Positions 19,363-28,150 of a stretch of DNA of 64,000 nucleotides are shown here, in pieces. Within the stretch, counting starts at the first letter, position 1. Every line of letters starts with the position of its first letter. Source of the stretch: an uncultured Solirubrobacteraceae bacterium (GTDB lineage: Bacteria; Actinomycetota; Thermoleophilia; Solirubrobacterales; Solirubrobacteraceae). The stretch spans positions 64,001 through 128,000 of the forward strand of contig CAZPQW010000005.1 of NCBI GenBank assembly GCA_964588985.1. The letters are read 5' to 3'. Both the position numbers and the translations under genes were made by a program. The notes beneath the pieces were generated by a model. The model did no database searches. It was not told where the DNA came from and was given only the letters and a program-made list of their open reading frames with translations.

Positions 19363-21468
19363 CTACGCGGCCTCCGCCTCGCCTCGCGAGAGCAGCTCTG
19401 CGGCCTCCGCGTTGCCCGGGTCCTGGGAGAGCGCGGCGGCGGCGAACTCGCTCGCCTCGCGCGCCATGCCACGGGTGGCGGCCACGCGTGCGAGCCCCAA
19501 CAGCGCTCGCACATCGGGGTCCTCGCCGCAGACGGCCATCCACTCCTCGGCCGCGGAGGCGATGAACCCGTGGCGCAGGTACATCTCGGCGAGCAGCTCG
19601 CGCTGCTCGCGCGCGGACATGGGCGTACGCGCCATCAGACCGAGCAGCACCTCGAAGGTCTCGAAATCCTGGGAGCGCAACAGCGTCTCGAGCGTCCTCT
19701 CGAGCGGCGCCACCGCTGCCTCGCCGAGCACCACGGTGCTCTCCCCGTCGCTGGCCAGCTGCTGCCAAGCGGCGAACAGCTCCAGCTCCGCCTCATCCAT
19801 CCCGCTCGCGTGCGCCCGCGCGAGCGCCGCCGGGGTGGCCGTGCGCTCGCCGCCGGCGATGAGCGCGCACAGCTCTGTGCGACGAGCGCTCGCCGCGAGC
19901 GGTTCCTCGTTTGCGACTTCGCCCGCGACGCGCGCCGCCTCGGCGTAGCGGCGCTGCCTCAGCAGGAGCTCTGCGAGCTCCATGCGCGCCAGGAAGCTGC
20001 CGCAGCCGACGGTCGCGGCGTACCGCGGCGGAGCGTCGCCCATCTCGATGCAGCGCTCGAGCAGCTCGATCGCGCGGTCGCCCTCGCCGAGCGCGGCCGC
20101 GGCGAGGGCCTGCTCGAACACGAGATCGGTGAAGCCGGGAAAGCGGGCGAGCCCCTCCTCGGCGCGCGCGATCGCGTCGGCGTGCAGGCCGACCACGCGC
20201 AGCGTCTTGACCATGCGACTCGCCAGAGCGGGGGCGAACGCCTGACCGTCCAGGTCGGAAAGGCCTGCGAGCAGCGCCCAGGCGCGCTCGAACTCGGCCA
20301 GCGCGGAGACCAGGTCGCCCGCGGCGGCGTACTCGGAGCCGAGGTTGAAATGGAGGAACGGCGTGGCGGCGTCCTCGGCCTGCTGGATCTCGAGCAGCTC
20401 GATGTTACGCGCGGACTTACCGCGACGCACGCGCACGGACGCGAGGTAGCCGTAGTGCTCGACGCGCACGCCGCTCGCCTCCACCCGCTCGGGCAGGTAC
20501 CCCGGCAGACGTGCGGCGATCTGCTCGTGCACGCGCCCCTCGAAGCGGTACTCGGGCCGGCTGCGAAAGACGCGCAGCGCGTCGTGCGTGACCGCGGTCC
20601 CGTCGTGCAGCTCGCCGGTGTAGTTGATCTCGGTCAGCGAAAACGCCTCGCGCCAGGTGCGCCCCTTCAGCGCGCGCAGCAGGGCGAGGTCCTCCGTTAC
20701 GAGCACCTCGTCGGCGTCGAGGTACATCAGCCAGTCGCCCGTGGCCGCGTCGAAGGACACGTTGCGCGCGTCCGCGAACGAGCCGTTCCATGGGTGCTCG
20801 ATCACCCGGGCTCCGAACGAGCGGGCGATCTCGACGGTCGCGTCGCTGGAGCCGGTGTCGACGACCACGATCTCGTCGGCCGCGTCGGCCACCGCGGTCA
20901 GGCAGCGCGAGAGCATCTCCTGCTCGTCGCGAACGATCATGCACAGGCTCAGGCGCAACCCCTCGGCCGGCTGGGCGCGGCCGGCGATCGCGTGGGCGCG
21001 CTCGGCGAGCCCGGCGGACGGGCGCGTGGCCGGGTCGAGCGACTCGCGTCGCGCTCGAAGGGCTTCGCGAGCGCCGTCGAGTCCCGCGAGCCTCGGATCG
21101 AGGCGAGCGGCCGCCTCGAACATCGCCTCGGCGGCATCGAGGCTCCCCAGCCCGCACAGCGCCTTCCCCGCGTGACCCAGCAGCACGGGCTCCGCCGGCT
21201 CGCGCTCGAGCAGCTCGAGTGCCGCGTCGGAAACGGCCGCGAGCAGGCCCGGCGGTGGGGCCTGCTCACCAGCTTCGAGGCCCGCTTCCACGAGTGTCCT
21301 GCCGGCCCAGTAGCGGCGATGCGGGTCGGCGATCGACTCGATCCGCGAGAACAGCTCGCGATAGCTCTCCAGATCGCCGGCGGCCAGCAGCTCGCACGCG
21401 CGGGAGGGCAGCTCGCTCGCCGCGAGCGCGCCGTCGGGGGAGTCTGAGCCTGTGGGGCGGTGGGACAT
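19363..21468 (-). CDS. GT2 glycosyltransferase with TPR repeats (probable flagellin glycosyltransferase)
   Basis: LSLCMIVRDE, VVDTGSSD, FADARN, LDADE, GRVHEQ, HYGY; flanked by TPR-like helices. Confidence 0.88.
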   Translation of the reverse strand: MSHRPTGSDSPDGALAASELPSRACELLAAGDLESYRELFSRIESIADPHRRYWAGRTLVEAGLEAGEQAPPPGLLAAVSDAALELLEREPAEPVLLGHAGKALCGLGSLDAAEAMFEAAARLDPRLAGLDGAREALRARRESLDPATRPSAGLAERAHAIAGRAQPAEGLRLSLCMIVRDEQEMLSRCLTAVADAADEIVVVDTGSSDATVEIARSFGARVIEHPWNGSFADARNVSFDAATGDWLMYLDADEVLVTEDLALLRALKGRTWREAFSLTEINYTGELHDGTAVTHDALRVFRSRPEYRFEGRVHEQIAARLPGYLPERVEASGVRVEHYGYLASVRVRRGKSARNIELLEIQQAEDAATPFLHFNLGSEYAAAGDLVSALAEFERAWALLAGLSDLDGQAFAPALASRMVKTLRVVGLHADAIARAEEGLARFPGFTDLVFEQALAAAALGEGDRAIELLERCIEMGDAPPRYAATVGCGSFLARMELAELLLRQRRYAEAARVAGEVANEEPLAASARRTELCALIAGGERTATPAALARAHASGMDEAELELFAAWQQLASDGESTVVLGEAAVAPLERTLETLLRSQDFETFEVLLGLMARTPMSAREQRELLAEMYLRHGFIASAAEEWMAVCGEDPDVRALLGLARVAATRGMAREASEFAAAALSQDPGNAEAAELLSRGEAEAA

Positions 21469-21480
21469 TTCCTAACCCCT

Positions 21481-21507
21481 TCATCGACCGCGCCGTTCGA
21501 TAGATGA
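21481..21507 (-). promoter_or_regulatory. Possible sigma-28-type promoter of the glycosyltransferase
   Basis: TCAT-N15-GTCGATGA (weaker match). Confidence 0.5.
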
Positions 21508-21648
21508 GTACGACCGGAGCAGGGAATATCGTCGCGGCCGCGAATCAGTTGCCGGTTAGACCGCTTTAAGACGGCTCGGACGCGAGCAGTAGTTCCGTAT
21601 CAGGCGGGCCATCCCCCTGTCAGTTCCCTCGATACCAAAAGCAGGAGT

Positions 21649-22461
21649 ATGGAAATAATCGGAAAGCGTGCAGTCAGGGCGCCGGCAGCTGAGGTTTTGG
21701 CGACCTGGCGCGAGTACCGGCGCACGGGCGAGCGCGAGCTGCGCGACCGGCTGATCTTCATGTTCATGCCGATGGTTCGCTACATCGTGTACCGCAAGGT
21801 GCGCGAGGTACCGGCCCAGTGCGATGTCGAGGACTTCCTCTCCTGCGGCCTGGAGGCGCTGATCCACTCGATCGAGCGCTACGACCCGGACAAGGGCGCG
21901 ACGCTCGAGCAGTACGCGTGGACGCGGATCCACGGCGCGGTGCTCGACGAGCTGCGCCGCCACGACTGGGCGCCCCGCTCGCTGCGCCGCGACGAGCGCA
22001 CGATCAACAACGCCCGCGAGAGCTTCCTGTCAGCCAACGAGCGCCCCCCCAGCCGCGAGGAGCTCGCCGCGAAGGTGGGGATGACGCCTGTCCAGCTGAC
22101 CGGCCGGCTCGACGAAGTGGTGCTCGCGGAGGTGGGCTCGCTGAACCGGATCGTGCGCTCCGACGAGAGCGCCACGATCGAGCGGATCGACACGCTCGAG
22201 AGCTCCGACGAGGACTGCGACCCGATCGTGAGCGCCGAGCGCAGCGAAGCCAAGGAGCGCTTCCGCAAGGCGTTCGCGCGTCTCAGTCGCCAGGAGCGCG
22301 AAGTGGCGGTGCTCCTGTACGTCGAGGATTGGACGCTGCGCGACATCGGCGAGCGCCTCGGCGTGTCGGAGAGCCGCATCTCCCAGATCCACACCCAGCT
22401 GCGCCGCCGTCTCTACGAACAGCTCTCCGGCGAGCTGACGCTGTTCAACGCGGTCGGCTGA
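21649..22461 (+). CDS. fliA: FliA/WhiG family sigma factor (sigma-28)
   Basis: YAWTRIHGAVLDELRRHDWAPRSLR, LGVSESRISQIH. Confidence 0.93.
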   Translation: MEIIGKRAVRAPAAEVLATWREYRRTGERELRDRLIFMFMPMVRYIVYRKVREVPAQCDVEDFLSCGLEALIHSIERYDPDKGATLEQYAWTRIHGAVLDELRRHDWAPRSLRRDERTINNARESFLSANERPPSREELAAKVGMTPVQLTGRLDEVVLAEVGSLNRIVRSDESATIERIDTLESSDEDCDPIVSAERSEAKERFRKAFARLSRQEREVAVLLYVEDWTLRDIGERLGVSESRISQIHTQLRRRLYEQLSGELTLFNAVG

Positions 22462-22501
22462 AGCTCAGCCCGACGACCTCCTCGCAAGACCGCTTGCGTT
22501 C

Positions 22502-22528
22502 TAAAGAATCGTCGTCTCCGGTCGAACA
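22502..22528 (+). promoter_or_regulatory. Sigma-28-type promoter of flgF operon
   Basis: TAAA-N15-GTCGAACA. Confidence 0.65.
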
Positions 22529-22539
22529 CCCGGAGGGAG

Positions 22540-23226
22540 ATGGACCTTGGCATCTACATCGCTGCTACGGGGATGATCGCTGAGCAGACCCGCCAGGATC
22601 AGCTCTCGAACGACCTCGCGAATGCGACGACGCCTGGCTTCAAGCCCGACAAGTCGCCGCAGCACAACTTCGGCTCGATGCTGCTGGCGAACACCGAGGG
22701 CGGAGCGGCGGTCGGCTCGGTCGATGCGGGCGTGGCGCTCGGCAAGACCTACACGAACATGGCGCCCGCCTCGCTTCAGGAAACCGGCGAACCGCTCGAC
22801 TTCGCGATCCAGGGCAGCGGCTTCTTCGCGGTGAAGACCGCCCAGGGGACCCGCTACACCCGCGACGGCCAGTTCACCGCGTCCGCCGCGGGGCTGCTGA
22901 CGGACGTGAGCGGCAACCCCGTGCTCGACCAGGCGGGAGCGCCGATCAAGGTGAGCACCGGCGGCACCGTGCCTGCGAGCGCTCTCGGCGTCTTCGAAGT
23001 GCCGGGTGCCGCCAAGCAGGGCGAAAACCTCTACACGGGCACGGCCGCGGGCAAGCCCAGCGGCGTGGTGCACCAGGGGGCGCTGGAGGCCTCGGGGGTG
23101 GACGCGGCGAAGGTGATGGTCGACATGATCACCTCGCTTCGCACCTTCCAGTCCGGGCAGCAGGCGATCCAGACGATCGGCCAGACTTTGCAAGAGGCCG
23201 CCTCGCAGGTCGGCTCGGTGGCCTGA
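22540..23226 (+). CDS. flgF: Basal body rod protein FlgF (FlhO-like)
   Basis: LANATTPGFK, TGEPLDFAIQG, YTRDG, LEASGV. Confidence 0.85.
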   Translation: MDLGIYIAATGMIAEQTRQDQLSNDLANATTPGFKPDKSPQHNFGSMLLANTEGGAAVGSVDAGVALGKTYTNMAPASLQETGEPLDFAIQGSGFFAVKTAQGTRYTRDGQFTASAAGLLTDVSGNPVLDQAGAPIKVSTGGTVPASALGVFEVPGAAKQGENLYTGTAAGKPSGVVHQGALEASGVDAAKVMVDMITSLRTFQSGQQAIQTIGQTLQEAASQVGSVA

Positions 23227-23957
23227 TGCTCGAAGGCCTCTACGCGGCGGCGGCGGGCATGGCCGCGCAGCAGCAGCAGATCGACGCGATCGGCAACGAC
23301 CTCGCGAACGAGAACACCACCGGCTACAAGACCGAGCGCGTGGCTTTCAGCGACCTGCTCTACAACAAGTTCGACCAGGCGGGCACCGAAACGACGACCG
23401 GAGCGGGCGCGAGCGCACAGACGATCGGCGCGAGCCGCACGCAGGGATCGATCCGGGAAACGGGCGACCCCCTCGACATGGCGATCGAAGGCGAAGGCTA
23501 CTTCCAGGTGATGCGCGCGAACGGGCAGGTGGCGCTGACGCGCGACGGCTCCTTCGGCGTAGACGCGAGCGGGACGCTGGTCAACTCCAGCGGCGATCGG
23601 CTGAACCCGCCGATCAAGCTCCCGGCGGGCGTCTCGCCGAGCGAAGTGAGGATCTCATCCGACGGGACGGTGCGCGTCGGGGAAAAGACGCTGGGGCAGA
23701 TCAAGCTCGTCACGGTCGCGGCCCCAGACCGCCTGCTCGCGGACGGAGCCAGCGAGTTCAGCACGACGGCGGCCAGCGGATCTCCCACCCCGCTGGCCAC
23801 GTCGAGCATCAAACAGGGAGCGCTGGAGGCGTCCAACGTGGACATGGCGAAGGCGATGTCGCAGCTGGTTAGCACGCAGCGCGCCTTCCAGATGAGCAGC
23901 ACGGCGATCCAGACCGAGAGCCAGATGATGTCGATCGCGAACCAGCTCAAACCATGA
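23226..23957 (+). CDS. flgG: Basal body rod protein FlgG (FlhP-like)
   Basis: LANENTTGYK, TGDPLDMAIEGEGYFQV, LEASNVD. Confidence 0.88.
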   Translation: MLEGLYAAAAGMAAQQQQIDAIGNDLANENTTGYKTERVAFSDLLYNKFDQAGTETTTGAGASAQTIGASRTQGSIRETGDPLDMAIEGEGYFQVMRANGQVALTRDGSFGVDASGTLVNSSGDRLNPPIKLPAGVSPSEVRISSDGTVRVGEKTLGQIKLVTVAAPDRLLADGASEFSTTAASGSPTPLATSSIKQGALEASNVDMAKAMSQLVSTQRAFQMSSTAIQTESQMMSIANQLKP

Positions 23958-24388
23958 CCATCGAAGCCTCCACGGGGCTACCGGCGGTCAACCAGGCGCT
24001 GGAGCCGGCGTGGGTTCGCCACGGCTCGGCGTCCACCCAGAAGACCTACGAGACGGCGCTGGCGTTCGAAGAGATGCTCGTACAGCAGCTCTCGCAGTCG
24101 CTCACCGCGACGAGCGGGCTCGAAGGCGACTCCTCGCAGGGCGGCGGAGCGGGTGCCGAAGAAGGCGGCTCCGGCGGCTCCTCTTCGCTCGGCACCAGTC
24201 AGCTGTCCTCGCTGCTGCCGCAGGCGCTGTCGAACGGCGTGATGAGCGCTGGCGGACTCGGCCTGGCGGCGCAGCTGACGCGCGAGCTGCAAAGTGCACA
24301 GGGCATGCAGAGCTCGGCGAGCGGCGGTACCGCCGCGAGCACCGAGCACGGTGCGGTCTCCCCAGCCAGCGGAGGCGTGGGCGCGTGA
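23954..24388 (+). CDS. Rod-binding protein (FlgJ N-terminal-like, no muramidase domain)
   Basis: AFEEMLVQQL and GGLGLAAQLTREL motifs. Confidence 0.7.
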   Translation: MTIEASTGLPAVNQALEPAWVRHGSASTQKTYETALAFEEMLVQQLSQSLTATSGLEGDSSQGGGAGAEEGGSGGSSSLGTSQLSSLLPQALSNGVMSAGGLGLAAQLTRELQSAQGMQSSASGGTAASTEHGAVSPASGGVGA

Positions 24389-24936
24389 CCCCCGCGGCGA
24401 TGGTGGCGCACGAGGGCGTCGCGCGGGATCGCGCGCTTGCGAGCGACGTGCTCGTGCACCTGAACGCCCAGATCGCCTCGGCGCGCAGCCTGCTGGAGGT
24501 GGTGCTCGAGCAGGGCGCCGCGATCCGCGCGCGCGACGTGCACACGGTCGTGAGGCTCGCGGGCATCCTGCGCGGAGAGATGAGCCGTCGCCAGCTGCTG
24601 GAGGAGGAGCGCTCTCGTCTCCTGACTCGCAGCGGCGAGCGATTGGGGGTCCCCGCCGAGACCGTCACGCTCGCGCAGCTGAGCGCGCTGATGGATCCGC
24701 CCAGCGCCGAGCGTGCGGTCGAGCGCAGCGCGGAGCTGCGCGGCCTGCTGCACGAGCTCCAGCGCGAGCACACGAGCAACCGCACGTTGATGCAGATCGA
24801 GCTGGGCTTCCTCGACCACCTGATGGGGATGCTCGCGCTCGACGGCGTCAGCGGCTACGACACCCGCGGCTCCTCCACGTCGATCACGCGCTCGCGTCCC
24901 AACGGCGAGCTGCACGTCCTCGACCTGCGGGCCTAG
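24385..24936 (+). CDS. flgN: Flagellar chaperone FlgN
   Basis: Helical, ELQREHTSNRTLMQIEL...GYD...LDLRA; directly before flgK; GTGA overlap. Confidence 0.8.
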   Translation: MTPAAMVAHEGVARDRALASDVLVHLNAQIASARSLLEVVLEQGAAIRARDVHTVVRLAGILRGEMSRRQLLEEERSRLLTRSGERLGVPAETVTLAQLSALMDPPSAERAVERSAELRGLLHELQREHTSNRTLMQIELGFLDHLMGMLALDGVSGYDTRGSSTSITRSRPNGELHVLDLRA

Positions 24937-24941
24937 ACGCG

Positions 24942-26249
24942 ATGTCGATCCCCACCCTGCAAGGACTCCAGACCGCGCTCAGCGGCCTCCTGGCCGAGCA
25001 GCAGGCGCTCGACGTCGCCGGGCACAACATCGCCAACGTGAACACGGAAGGCTACTCGCGCGAGACAGCGGTCCTGGTGACCAACCGGCCGATCGAAATC
25101 CCCGCGATGTCGGTGCTGACGGGGAAAGGCGGGCAGCTCGGCACGGGCGTCAGCGTCGAGACGTATACACGAATCCGCAACGCTTACCTCGACGCTCAGT
25201 ACCGTACGCAGAACAGCGCGTTGAGCGGCTCGACGACCGAAGCGGAAGAGCTGCAGCAGGCACAGGCGGCGTTCAACGAACCGTCGGAATCCGGGCTCGC
25301 GAGCCAGCTGTCGAAGTTCTGGTCGGCGTGGAGCAACCTCGCCAACTCGCCCGAAACGGGCAAGCAGGGGGTGGTCGCCGCGGGCGAACAGCTCGCGAGG
25401 ACGTTCAAACAGCTCACCACCCAGCTCGAAACGATCTCCACCCAAGCCAACCAGCAGTATGCGTCGCTGACGGGCCCCACGGGCGAAGTCCAGGATCTCG
25501 CGAACCAGATCGCGCAGCTCAACGGGCAGATCAAGCTCGCCGAAGAAGCCGGCCAGCAGCCCAACAGCATGCTCGACCGCCGCGACCTGCTGCTGGACAA
25601 ACTCTCGTCTCTGGCCAACATCACCGTCGCCCAGCAGCCAAACGGCACCGACACCGTCAGCTTCGGCGACGCCGCCAAACCGCTGGTGGAAGGCACGACG
25701 GTCAACTGGCCGCAGACGCTCACCGCGGCGGCCGGCGGCCAGCTCGGCGCGCTCCTCGGCTTGACGAGCCCGGGCGGTGCGCTCGCCTCTTATCAGACCG
25801 CGCTCGACGGGGTTGCCGAACGCCTCGTGGGGTCGGTCAACGAACTCCACACCTCGACGCCGTTCTTCAGCGGTTTCACCGCGTCGACGATCGCCGTTGC
25901 GGTCGAACCATCGGAAGTCCAGACATCCTCCACCGGGACGGTCGGCGGAAACGACGTGGCGCAGGCGATCGCGGCGCTGCGCGGCGGCAGCGCCGACCAG
26001 AGCTACTCGGCGCTGATCGAGCAGGTCGGCAGCGACGTGAAGACCGCCAAGGACGAACAGTCCAACAACCAGACGACGGTCACCGCGATCGGCAACCAGC
26101 GCCAGAGCGTCTCGGGCGTGTCGCTGGATGAAGAAATGACCAACCTGATCACCTTCCAGCGCGGCTACCAGGCGTCCGCGCGCACGATGACCGCGATGGA
26201 CCAGATGCTCGAAACGTTGATTGAGCACACGGGCTTGGCGGGGCTGTAG
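24942..26249 (+). CDS. flgK: Hook-associated protein FlgK
   Basis: AGHNIANVNTEGYSR, LDRRDLLLDKLS, SVSGVSLDEEMTNLITFQRGYQASAR. Confidence 0.95.
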   Translation: MSIPTLQGLQTALSGLLAEQQALDVAGHNIANVNTEGYSRETAVLVTNRPIEIPAMSVLTGKGGQLGTGVSVETYTRIRNAYLDAQYRTQNSALSGSTTEAEELQQAQAAFNEPSESGLASQLSKFWSAWSNLANSPETGKQGVVAAGEQLARTFKQLTTQLETISTQANQQYASLTGPTGEVQDLANQIAQLNGQIKLAEEAGQQPNSMLDRRDLLLDKLSSLANITVAQQPNGTDTVSFGDAAKPLVEGTTVNWPQTLTAAAGGQLGALLGLTSPGGALASYQTALDGVAERLVGSVNELHTSTPFFSGFTASTIAVAVEPSEVQTSSTGTVGGNDVAQAIAALRGGSADQSYSALIEQVGSDVKTAKDEQSNNQTTVTAIGNQRQSVSGVSLDEEMTNLITFQRGYQASARTMTAMDQMLETLIEHTGLAGL

Positions 26250-26251
26250 CG

Positions 26252-27166
26252 ATGAGCAACCGGATCGCCACGGGGATGATCACGAGCTCGACGCTCAACG
26301 ACATCAACTCCGCCCTCAGCAAGCTCGAGCGCAGCTCCGAAGAACTGTCCTCCGGCAGGACGATCCTGCAGCCGTCGGACAACCCCTACGGCGCCAGTCA
26401 CGCGATCGACCTGCAGAGCCAGCTCGACGGGCTGACCTCATATGCCACGAACGTGCAGGACGGCATCTCGTGGTCGAACACGGCCAACGGCGCGATGACG
26501 AACATGGGCAGCGTGGTGCAGCGCGTGCGCGAACTGCTCGTGCAGGCGGGCAACGCCACGTACAACCAGAGCGACCTCAACAGCATCGCAACCGAGGTGA
26601 GCCAGCTCACCGAAACGATCAAGCAGGACGCCAACACGCAGTACGCCGGCCAGTATGTGTTCGCGGGCACGCTCACCACCACCGCCCCCTACAAACAGGG
26701 CCCGGAAGACGAATATCACGGCAACGAAGGGACGATCTCGCGCTCTGTGGGACCGGGCGCGTCGGTCACCGTCAACACGAACATCTCAACGCTGCTCGGC
26801 AACGGAGCGGGCTCCGGCGACGGCAAGCTGCTCGACACGCTGCGCACGATCTCCGAACACCTCACCAGCGGGACCGCGGAAGGCAGGGCGGCGCTCAACT
26901 CGACCGACCTGAAAGCGATCGACGCATCGATGGAAACGCTCACGCAACTGCAGGCGACGACGGGCAGCGTGACCAACCAGCTGCAGGTCGCCTCGCTTCG
27001 CATCGAAGACCTCCAGGACTCGATCACCAAGACCCTGTCGAACACTCAGGATGCGGACGTCGCGAAGACGACCATCGCCTACTCCAACGAGCAGGCCGCC
27101 TACCAGGCGGCGCTGCGCGCGGGAGCGAACATCGTTCAGGAATCACTTCTCAACTTCCTCCGCTAG
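26252..27166 (+). CDS. flgL: Hook-associated protein FlgL
   Basis: LSSGRTILQPSDNP, ANTQYAGQYVFAGT, YQAALRAGANIVQESLLNFLR. Confidence 0.95.
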   Translation: MSNRIATGMITSSTLNDINSALSKLERSSEELSSGRTILQPSDNPYGASHAIDLQSQLDGLTSYATNVQDGISWSNTANGAMTNMGSVVQRVRELLVQAGNATYNQSDLNSIATEVSQLTETIKQDANTQYAGQYVFAGTLTTTAPYKQGPEDEYHGNEGTISRSVGPGASVTVNTNISTLLGNGAGSGDGKLLDTLRTISEHLTSGTAEGRAALNSTDLKAIDASMETLTQLQATTGSVTNQLQVASLRIEDLQDSITKTLSNTQDADVAKTTIAYSNEQAAYQAALRAGANIVQESLLNFLR

Positions 27167-27194
27167 AAGCCGAAACAAGAGAGAGGCACACCCA

Positions 27195-27662
27195 ATGTCC
27201 GTCACATTTCAGAGCATCCGCTTCGGCTCGGTCGAGATACCGGCGCAGGACGTGATCGAGTTCCCCCTCGGCCTGATCGGCCTGGGCGGGCTGCGCTACG
27301 CGCTGATCGACCGCAACCCGGGCACCGGTTTTCTGTGGCTGCACTCGGTTGAAGACGATGCCCTGGCGCTGCCGGTCGTCAAACCCGAGCCGTTCTTCTC
27401 GACGTTCGCGCTCGACATCGCCCCCGAGGATCAGGAGCGCACCGGCATCCACGACGCGGCCGGAGCCGAGATCTACGTGACCGTTCGCGCCACGCCCAAC
27501 CCGCTCGACATCACCGCCAACCTGCGCGCCCCGCTGGTGATCCGCGACGGCCACGGCTATCAGGTGATCAACGTCAGCGAGGACGCGCCGCTGCAGGCGC
27601 CGCTGTTCGAACTGCCCGAGCCGGTCGTCGCCGAGCGCGCGCGGACGGTCGACGCGGCCTGA
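27195..27662 (+). CDS. fliW: Flagellar assembly factor FliW
   Basis: RFG, IEFPLGLIG, FLWLHSVED, TANLRAPLVI. Confidence 0.92.
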   Translation: MSVTFQSIRFGSVEIPAQDVIEFPLGLIGLGGLRYALIDRNPGTGFLWLHSVEDDALALPVVKPEPFFSTFALDIAPEDQERTGIHDAAGAEIYVTVRATPNPLDITANLRAPLVIRDGHGYQVINVSEDAPLQAPLFELPEPVVAERARTVDAA

Positions 27663-27711
27663 ATCGTCGGGTCCCTCCCGACATCTCGGGATTGCTTCAT
27701 AATCCGAAGCG

Positions 27712-27963
27712 ATGCTGATCCTGACGCGTCGTCCCGGAGAGCGCGTCGTGATCGGCGACGAGATCCTCGTGACCGTGATGGGCGTGAGCGGGCACACCGT
27801 TCGCCTGGGGATCGAAGCTCCCTCCGGCGTTCCGATCTACCGCGAGGAGATCTGGCTCGCGGTCAAGGAGGAGAACCGCGCGGCCGCCGCGGCGCAGCCG
27901 GACGCGCTGCCCGCCGACCTGCCGGCGCCACCCGCGCCCGAGACAGAGCCCGAGCAGCCCTGA
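27712..27963 (+). CDS. csrA: Carbon storage regulator CsrA
   Basis: [18 protein letters not shown]...VRLGIEAP...IYREEI. Confidence 0.96.
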   Translation: MLILTRRPGERVVIGDEILVTVMGVSGHTVRLGIEAPSGVPIYREEIWLAVKEENRAAAAAQPDALPADLPAPPAPETEPEQP

Positions 27964-28150
27964 CGTGGGCGACGTTGCGTCGGCGTGTGCGTCGATGTAG
28001 GGTGCGGTATCCAGGAGTCAACCCTGGCAGTGCGGCAGTGCGCCTCGTCGGCGAGGCGGATCGGGTGTGCAAGGAACTGCGAGCCTGAACCGATCACCTC
28101 CCGCGATTCGCAAGTGTCGCGCAGCAAAATCCAAGGGAGGGAGCAAAGCC

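Noticed and set aside
17114-21447. Long antisense or alternative-frame ORFs (e.g. 17114-19219 +, 19570-21447 +, also 43724-45835 +)
   Set aside because: Shadow ORFs expected at ~70% GC opposite well-supported genes; no motifs.
26252-27166. Flagellin FliC
   Set aside because: Position after flgK and the YVFAGT and SLLNFLR motifs identify it as FlgL.
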